Of a stretch of DNA of 9,130 bases, positions 1 to 4,970 are shown one piece after another. Position 1 is the stretch's first letter. Each line of letters begins with the position of its first letter. The DNA is taken from sequence record NZ_KM583823.1; one strand, written 5' to 3'. The position numbers and the translations under genes are program-made. The stretch comes from a plasmid. The notes beneath the pieces were generated by a model that was not told the origin of the DNA, ran no database searches, and saw nothing but the letters and a program-made list of their open reading frames with translations.

Positions 1-1617
1 ATGTCCATGAATACGAATTTTGATCAACTCAGAAAACAAGAATTGGAATTACGAAAATTATTAGAAGAATTAGACACACTCCCACAAACCCCACAAGTTA
101 AACTACAAAAACAAAAAATACAAACTTACATAGACAAGATAACACCAAGTATTTTGAGCGGTTTTAATCAAAAATTTAAAGAAATTACAGAAAATCTATC
201 AAATGAGTTTGAAAAAGAAGAACCCACACCAACAAAAGCGCCACAAACCACCCCCACACCATGCAAGGATTTAGTGGTTAGCACCCCTAAAGATAACACC
301 TATATCACCTACCACAATAACGCTAATAAGGTTAATCTAGGGAAATTGAGCGAAAGGGAAGCCAATCTTTTGTTCGCTATTTTTCAAAAACTCAAAGATC
401 AAGGGAATACCCTTATTCGTTTTGAACCGCAAGATTTGAAACGCATGCTAAACATAGACATTTCTAATGAGCGCTTATCAGAAGTGGTTGTTAAGCTATG
501 GGATAGCATTAAAACCGCTGATTTTTGGAAAATTAGCGAAACAGAAACTTCAATCATTCAAGAAAATTACATGCTTTTTAGTCGGTGTAAAATTGAATTG
601 AACAAACCGAGCAAAGATTTGAAGTATTTAGAAATCCAACTCAATGATAACTATCAATACTTGCTCAATAATCTAGGCATGGGTCAATACACTTCTTTCA
701 ATCTGTTAGAATTTCAAAGAGTGAGGGGTAAATACGCTAAAACGCTTTATCGCTTGCTCAAGCAATACAAAAGCACAGGGATTTTGAGCGTGGAATGGAT
801 TCAATTCAGGGAACTTTTAGACATTCCAAAAGATTACAAAATGGAAAACATCGATCAAAAAGTCCTAAATCCAAGCCTCAAAGAACTCAGAAAAATCTAT
901 CCTTTTGAACACTTGAGCTACAAAAAAGAACGCCGAAGCCACGACAAGCGCAAGGTAACCCACATTGATTTTTATTTTGAGCAATTGCCACAAGGCGAAG
1001 CCAAGCAACAAAAACAAGCCAATAAGCAACGCGCTAAAAGGGATATTAAGCTTGTGGCATGGGATATTCACAACCAAATCGCTAAAAGAAGTGCAAAAGC
1101 CACTATGGAAGCTAGGTTTCTTGAGTTAAAAACCTTGATCGGTTATCAATTCAGGCACAATGACAGTGGGATCATTTTACAGATTGACAACGCTACTTTT
1201 GAAAAGAATCAAATGTTAATGCATGTTTCTTATCCTAAAAGCAAACATAACCCTCAAAAATTCCTTGTGTCAAGCAAAACATTCGCTTTAGAACTGTTAT
1301 ATATCAATGGATACAGCCTGAAAAAAGACAGCTTGTTAGAAGAAATTGATCCCCCTAAAATCCACCCTATCACTAACGAACCCATTAAGGAATTTGCAGA
1401 ATACATCGGCAAAACGATCCACATCACTAATTTCAATGTGGATCAATGCCCTGAGGAGATCAACAACTACCTGAAAATCACTAGGATTGTGAAACTGAAC
1501 GACAATCGGATCTGTATCTCAATCCAAGATGTGGACAAGCCTGAGAAACTTCTCAAACCTTTCATCGCTAAAGATGAAAAACATTTGAAGAATTGGTTTA
1601 AGAAACACTACAGGTGA
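1..1617 (+). CDS. repA: Plasmid replication initiator (RepA-like, iteron-binding theta-type Rep) - tentative
   Basis: 538-aa ORF starting at window position 1 (ATG) with TGA stop at 1615-1617. The 22-bp iteron array and AT-rich stretch at 8703-8860 lie immediately upstream if the molecule is circular. Pro/Thr-rich linker (EEPTPTKAPQTTPTP) near residues 73-87 and basic C-terminal half. Call rests on size, position next to iterons and my recollection of Helicobacter plasmid RepA proteins, not on a recognisable catalytic motif. Confidence 0.6.
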   Translation: MSMNTNFDQLRKQELELRKLLEELDTLPQTPQVKLQKQKIQTYIDKITPSILSGFNQKFKEITENLSNEFEKEEPTPTKAPQTTPTPCKDLVVSTPKDNTYITYHNNANKVNLGKLSEREANLLFAIFQKLKDQGNTLIRFEPQDLKRMLNIDISNERLSEVVVKLWDSIKTADFWKISETETSIIQENYMLFSRCKIELNKPSKDLKYLEIQLNDNYQYLLNNLGMGQYTSFNLLEFQRVRGKYAKTLYRLLKQYKSTGILSVEWIQFRELLDIPKDYKMENIDQKVLNPSLKELRKIYPFEHLSYKKERRSHDKRKVTHIDFYFEQLPQGEAKQQKQANKQRAKRDIKLVAWDIHNQIAKRSAKATMEARFLELKTLIGYQFRHNDSGIILQIDNATFEKNQMLMHVSYPKSKHNPQKFLVSSKTFALELLYINGYSLKKDSLLEEIDPPKIHPITNEPIKEFAEYIGKTIHITNFNVDQCPEEINNYLKITRIVKLNDNRICISIQDVDKPEKLLKPFIAKDEKHLKNWFKKHYR

Positions 1618-1629
1618 AAAGACAGATGC

Positions 1630-2337
1630 ATGCTAACTAAACTCATAGAAAAACTAAATCATGAAAAAAAGAATGCTATTAAAAATGGCATTTACCACTT
1701 AATCCAAATCAAATTTTCTTACAACTCTAATCGCATTGAAGGAAGCAGTTTGACCTACGAACAAACTGCTCATATTTTTGATAAATCCGCTCTTATAACT
1801 GAAAAAAACGAAAATATTAGACTTGATGATATTTTTGAAACCATCAATCATTTTGAATGCGTGAATCACTTGATTGAAAGCTATAGAGAACCTTTGAGTT
1901 TAGAATACCTTAAGACTTTACACAAAATCTTGAAAAAGAATTGCTCTGATGAAGTTATCGGTGGTTTTAAAAAACACCCTAATTTTGTAGGTGATAGCGC
2001 CACAACAAGGCCCCAATTAGTTGAAAAGGAATTAACCAATCTTTTGCAACGCTACTACAGCCTAACTGCAACAAGTTTGGAAAACATCATAGATTTTCAT
2101 GTGGCTTTTGAAAAGATACACCCTTTTAGCGATGGCAATGGTAGAGTGGGGCGATTAGTCATGTTTAAAGAGTGTTTGAAAAGCAATATCATGCCCTTTA
2201 TCATAGAAAACGAACACAAAGCTTTTTACTATAGGGGTATTAGAGAATATCACAAGACAAAAGGTTATTTGAAAGATACCATTTTGCAAAGTCAAGATAA
2301 TTTCAATGAAATGGTTAGATATTTCTTTTCTAAGTGA
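1630..2337 (+). CDS. Fic/Doc-family protein (putative AMPylase), class II with intrinsic inhibitory motif
   Basis: 235-aa ORF 12 nt after repA stop. Canonical Fic active-site motif HPFxDGNGRxxR present as HPFSDGNGRVGR (residues approx 175-186). N-terminal S33-N-R-I-E37-G38 matches the [S/T]xxxE[G/N] autoinhibitory helix motif located upstream of the Fic core (class II arrangement). Confidence 0.85.
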   Translation: MLTKLIEKLNHEKKNAIKNGIYHLIQIKFSYNSNRIEGSSLTYEQTAHIFDKSALITEKNENIRLDDIFETINHFECVNHLIESYREPLSLEYLKTLHKILKKNCSDEVIGGFKKHPNFVGDSATTRPQLVEKELTNLLQRYYSLTATSLENIIDFHVAFEKIHPFSDGNGRVGRLVMFKECLKSNIMPFIIENEHKAFYYRGIREYHKTKGYLKDTILQSQDNFNEMVRYFFSK

Positions 2338-2426
2338 AACCGCTTGTTTTTGCTTGTGTGCTTTTGTTTTTTGCGTTTTTAGTTGTAGGTGGTAGGAATA
2401 ATCGTTTTTTTGTTTTGCGTTGGTTT

Positions 2427-2437
2427 TAGGCGATTTT
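2427..2437 (-). repeat. Copy 1 of dispersed 11/13-mer AAAATCGCCTA (minus-strand orientation; extended CTAAAATCGCCTAA)
   Basis: Plus strand reads TAGGCGATTTT at 2427-2437. Sits in the convergent intergenic gap between the rep/fic module and the mcc module and forms the left arm of a small hairpin (CGATTT-n8-AAATCG, 2431-2450). Confidence 0.5.
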
Positions 2438-2464
2438 AGATAGCAAATCGTGGGATTGAATATA

Positions 2465-3628
2465 TTAAATTTTTACTTTGTATAGGAATACACATGTCAA
2501 AATAAGTGTGGCTATAAAATGTACAGCGATAACTATAGTCGGAGAAAAAATAAGTAGCTCCAAACTTGTTATGCCTAAAATAATAACAGAAATTACTCGT
2601 GAGACACTAGATTTTAGAGAAGTAAGAGATGAGATTTTCTCTTTACTGACATAAAGAGAAAATTGATAACTTACAATAAAATCTATGTATGTAAACAAGG
2701 CAACACTGATCATATAGGCACTAACAAATAGCAATATGTCCATACTTAGCAATAGTGCACTAGCAAGTCCAGTTAAAAAGATCATGGTAATAGTCATATA
2801 TCGGTTATACGAGTTGGCGTTACAAAAATGAACGAGAATTCCTATAATTTGAAATGATATATAAAATATAAACAAGTAGTTTTCTGTAATCTGTTTGTCT
2901 AGAAAGTAGGCTTGCCATAATTGAAAATGACTTTGAAAAAAGATTTGCAAAATTAGACTGAGTAGAATTAGATTTTTAAGAAGTGTTTTATCTTTTAGCT
3001 CTCTAAAACTTTCCCTTACATGTTGTTTTAATATCTGCAACTGTCGCTTTTTTTCTAGTTTATGAGAAGAATCATCTTTAAAAAATAAAATAATGACCAA
3101 GAGGCACAGCAATGTGAGTAAGACTGATATGTAGTACATGGAGACACCATATTTTAAATACAAGAATGAGCCTGAGCAACTTCCAATTATCAACCCTATA
3201 AAACTGATTTGGCGACTTTTAGCAATGAATGGTGATAAATCTTCTTTTTGGTCTTTGATGTTAGTAATGAGAGTGGCATCAATGGTACCTGAGTCTAGAG
3301 CGTTTGATAACCCATAAATGCCCCATGCTAGAACCATACTAACAAAGCTGTCTAACCATAGAACACAAAAAAAACTGCACACTAAAACTAATTTTGAAAC
3401 AATAAAAAGCATCTTTCTATTTATTAAATCTGCTAACACACCACTCGGATATTCTGAGAGTAAAACACACAAACTGTAGGTGGCTTGTATGATCATAATT
3501 TGACTTAATGATAATCCTTTATTGAGCAATAATGGTGTTAAAATGGCGTGTGGCAAAGACTGAGCAATGACAAGTAGCATCGTTGCACAGTAATAAGAGA
3601 GTATGTTTACTTTTAGTGCTTTGTTCAT
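2465..3628 (-). CDS. mccC: MccC-like major facilitator superfamily efflux transporter (microcin C-type export/immunity pump)
   Basis: 387-aa highly hydrophobic ORF with roughly 10-12 predicted TM segments. MFS motif A (GxLaDrxGrk) present between first TM pairs as G-V-L-A-D-L-I-N-R-K. Starts 11 nt after the mccB stop on the same strand (operon). Position and type match mccC of the E. coli mcc operon. Confidence 0.7.
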   Translation of the reverse strand: MNKALKVNILSYYCATMLLVIAQSLPHAILTPLLLNKGLSLSQIMIIQATYSLCVLLSEYPSGVLADLINRKMLFIVSKLVLVCSFFCVLWLDSFVSMVLAWGIYGLSNALDSGTIDATLITNIKDQKEDLSPFIAKSRQISFIGLIIGSCSGSFLYLKYGVSMYYISVLLTLLCLLVIILFFKDDSSHKLEKKRQLQILKQHVRESFRELKDKTLLKNLILLSLILQIFFQSHFQLWQAYFLDKQITENYLFIFYISFQIIGILVHFCNANSYNRYMTITMIFLTGLASALLLSMDILLFVSAYMISVALFTYIDFIVSYQFSLYVSKEKISSLTSLKSSVSRVISVIILGITSLELLIFSPTIVIAVHFIATLILTCVFLYKVKI

Positions 3629-3639
3629 ATTAAGAAACT

Positions 3640-4692
3640 CTATAAATTATGATTAGAGCAAAATACACATTTATGATCTATACTAGATGGCAAAGTGTAT
3701 GTTTTGAAAGTTTTGTTGTCAACTCCGAATCGGCAGTTCAGGGATTTTATGGAGTTAAAATCATCAGACATAAATTGTATAATATCTGAAATTGCTAGGC
3801 TAGAAGCGATAGAGTTATTTAAAAAACTTGATGGTGCCTGCATGCGGTCATTTATAAGACATATGTCCAGATTTTTATCACTGTCTTTTTTATCATCTAG
3901 AGCAAAACTATTATGGCAAAAAGGACAACAAGACAATGAAGGGATATAAAAAGGACCGATAAGAGATATGTCATTTAAATAGCCAATATTTAAAAATGGA
4001 ATGCGACACTTACAAAAAAATCTCGTTGCCAATTGCACTGTGTTTGGATTATCTCCAGAAACAATTCCAAACAAATTTTCTTTTTTATGTTTAGAAAAAA
4101 TTTCTTCAAGATTGTCTTCACTGGCAAAATCATCTACTGTCTCAATATTGATGTCAAATCTACTAGAAAGAGCCTGCTTTATGGCAGATGTTTTATATTG
4201 TGAAATGTAATTCTTGTCAAACAAGAACTGGCGGTTAAGATTGCTGGGATCAACGGTATCCTTATCTAACAATATTAGTTTTTTTGGATAAAAACTTGCT
4301 AGAGCATAGCTTACAAAATTTCCAATACCCCCACAACCAATAATGATGAAAATAGTTCTTTTAAAATTATTTATTGTTAGTTCTGGTTTACTGGACACTA
4401 AATCGATAAACAGGTGGTTCTTAAAGTTTTGTTCGTCATTTGGATTCAGTATGAATGAGGTAATAAGTTTATTGGCAACTAGCTTATCAAAAATATCATG
4501 TTCTATTTTGTTAGCTTCCATAAAACTTTTTATCTCATTCATTCTTTTCTTCATTCTCAGAAAAACCAATAGTCTCAGTGATTTTTCAAATTCATTATGA
4601 TCAACGCAATACTGATATGTTCCAAGACCAATAATATTTTCTGTATCTGTTTGACCAACACATGCACTAAAACTAGTTTGATAACACTGCAT
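3640..4692 (-). CDS. mccB: MccB-like ThiF/MoeB/E1-superfamily peptide adenylyltransferase (microcin C synthetase family)
   Basis: Rossmann nucleotide-binding motif IIIGCGGIGNFVS followed by LILLDKDTVDPSNLNRQFLF (E1-like ATP-binding/Asp-Arg motif). Two C-terminal Cys pairs (CCPFC ... CVFC) as in the Zn-binding CxxC...CxxC of MoeB/MccB. A roughly 125-150-aa N-terminal extension before the Rossmann fold is characteristic of the MccB peptide-clamp domain. Coordinates use the internal ATG at 4690-4692 (350 aa; preceded by SD-like AGGAAAGG 7 nt upstream). The maximal ORF in the track begins at 4764, but that codon is TTG and lacks an SD. Confidence 0.85.
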   Translation of the reverse strand: MQCYQTSFSACVGQTDTENIIGLGTYQYCVDHNEFEKSLRLLVFLRMKKRMNEIKSFMEANKIEHDIFDKLVANKLITSFILNPNDEQNFKNHLFIDLVSSKPELTINNFKRTIFIIIGCGGIGNFVSYALASFYPKKLILLDKDTVDPSNLNRQFLFDKNYISQYKTSAIKQALSSRFDINIETVDDFASEDNLEEIFSKHKKENLFGIVSGDNPNTVQLATRFFCKCRIPFLNIGYLNDISLIGPFYIPSLSCCPFCHNSFALDDKKDSDKNLDICLINDRMQAPSSFLNNSIASSLAISDIIQFMSDDFNSIKSLNCRFGVDNKTFKTYTLPSSIDHKCVFCSNHNL

Positions 4693-4744
4693 AAATAACC
4701 TTTCCTGAATAACTAACTCTACTCCGATAAAACTTGAGCAATTA

Positions 4745-4761
4745 CACTCTAAAATAGAGTG
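4745..4761 (-). other. RNA hairpin between mccA and mccB (possible attenuator / transcript-stabilising stem-loop)
   Basis: Minus-strand transcript reads CACUCUA-UUU-UAGAGUG (7-bp stem, 3-nt loop, optional flanking G.U) starting 14 nt after the mccA stop. A U-tract (UUUUA) follows only after a 12-nt spacer, so it is not a textbook intrinsic terminator. Confidence 0.4.
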
Positions 4762-4775
4762 CAAAATTTTTCAAT

Positions 4776-4799
4776 TTAATTACGGTATGACAATTTCAT
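4776..4799 (-). CDS. mccA: Microcin C-like heptapeptide precursor MccA: M-K-L-S-Y-R-N
   Basis: Minus strand reads ATAAAGGAGTAAGCC ATG AAA TTG TCA TAC CGT AAT TAA. It has a strong SD (AAGGAG, 6-7 nt spacing) and 7 codons ending in Asn. It is directly upstream of mccB, with an in-frame TAA two codons upstream of the ATG, so the peptide is exactly 7 aa. Terminal Asn is the obligatory substrate residue for MccB-type adenylation (E. coli MccA = MRTGNAN). Too short for the ORF track. Confidence 0.75.
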   Translation of the reverse strand: MKLSYRN

Positions 4800-4906
4800 G
4801 GCTTACTCCTTTATAACTCTAAAAATTACGGAAATAATAACAATAACTATGATTTTTTTATTTACTAATTACATATTCGTAATAATATTTTTTGTAGTTT
4901 GGGTAT

Positions 4907-4915
4907 ATTTTACAC
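4907..4915 (-). promoter_or_regulatory. Candidate extended -10 promoter element for the mccA-B-C operon
   Basis: Minus strand reads TTATCGTGTAAAATATACCC. TG-n-TAAAAT resembles an extended -10 (TGnTATAAT), about 105 nt upstream of the mccA ATG in an AT-rich 170-nt gap after mobA. A second similar element (TGTGTAAAAAT) lies about 35 nt further upstream. No experimental support; position only. Confidence 0.2.
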
Positions 4916-4970
4916 GATAAAGTGGCACTAAAGTAATTTTTACACATATAAAAAAAGAATTTTTTAACCC

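Noticed and set aside
865-1436. Two minus-strand ORFs (70 and 60 aa) inside repA
   Set aside because: Antisense to a 538-aa ORF with coherent protein-like sequence. Hydrophobic low-complexity translations and no ribosome-binding sites.
1630-2337. Fic as the toxin of a two-gene Fic/antitoxin (class I) module
   Set aside because: No small ORF precedes it (repA ends 12 nt upstream), and the inhibitory SxxxEG motif is present within Fic itself, so a separate antitoxin is not required.
2338-2464. Bidirectional intrinsic terminator between convergent fic and mccC
   Set aside because: Region is T-rich with a weak 6-bp hairpin (CGATTT/AAATCG) but lacks a GC-rich stem followed directly by a U-run on either strand. 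I could not support a confident terminator call.
3695-4600. Three plus-strand ORFs (84, 69, 85 aa) antisense to mccB
   Set aside because: Entirely contained within the well-supported mccB coding region on the opposite strand. No SDs and low-complexity translations. Typical antisense shadow ORFs in AT-rich DNA.
4762-4764. TTG as the annotated Met start of mccB in the ORF track
   Set aside because: Not rejected outright, but the track's 'M' here is a TTG with no SD. The downstream ATG at 4692 with AGGAAAGG is the more plausible initiation site, so I treat the 24-residue N-terminal extension as uncertain.
2465-4970. Additional mcc genes (mccD/mccE/mccF homologues) or a methyltransferase domain fused to MccB
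   Set aside because: Looked for further ORFs and for extra C-terminal length on MccB. None present, as the protein ends shortly after the second CxxC and the flanks are occupied by mobA and the convergent fic gene.
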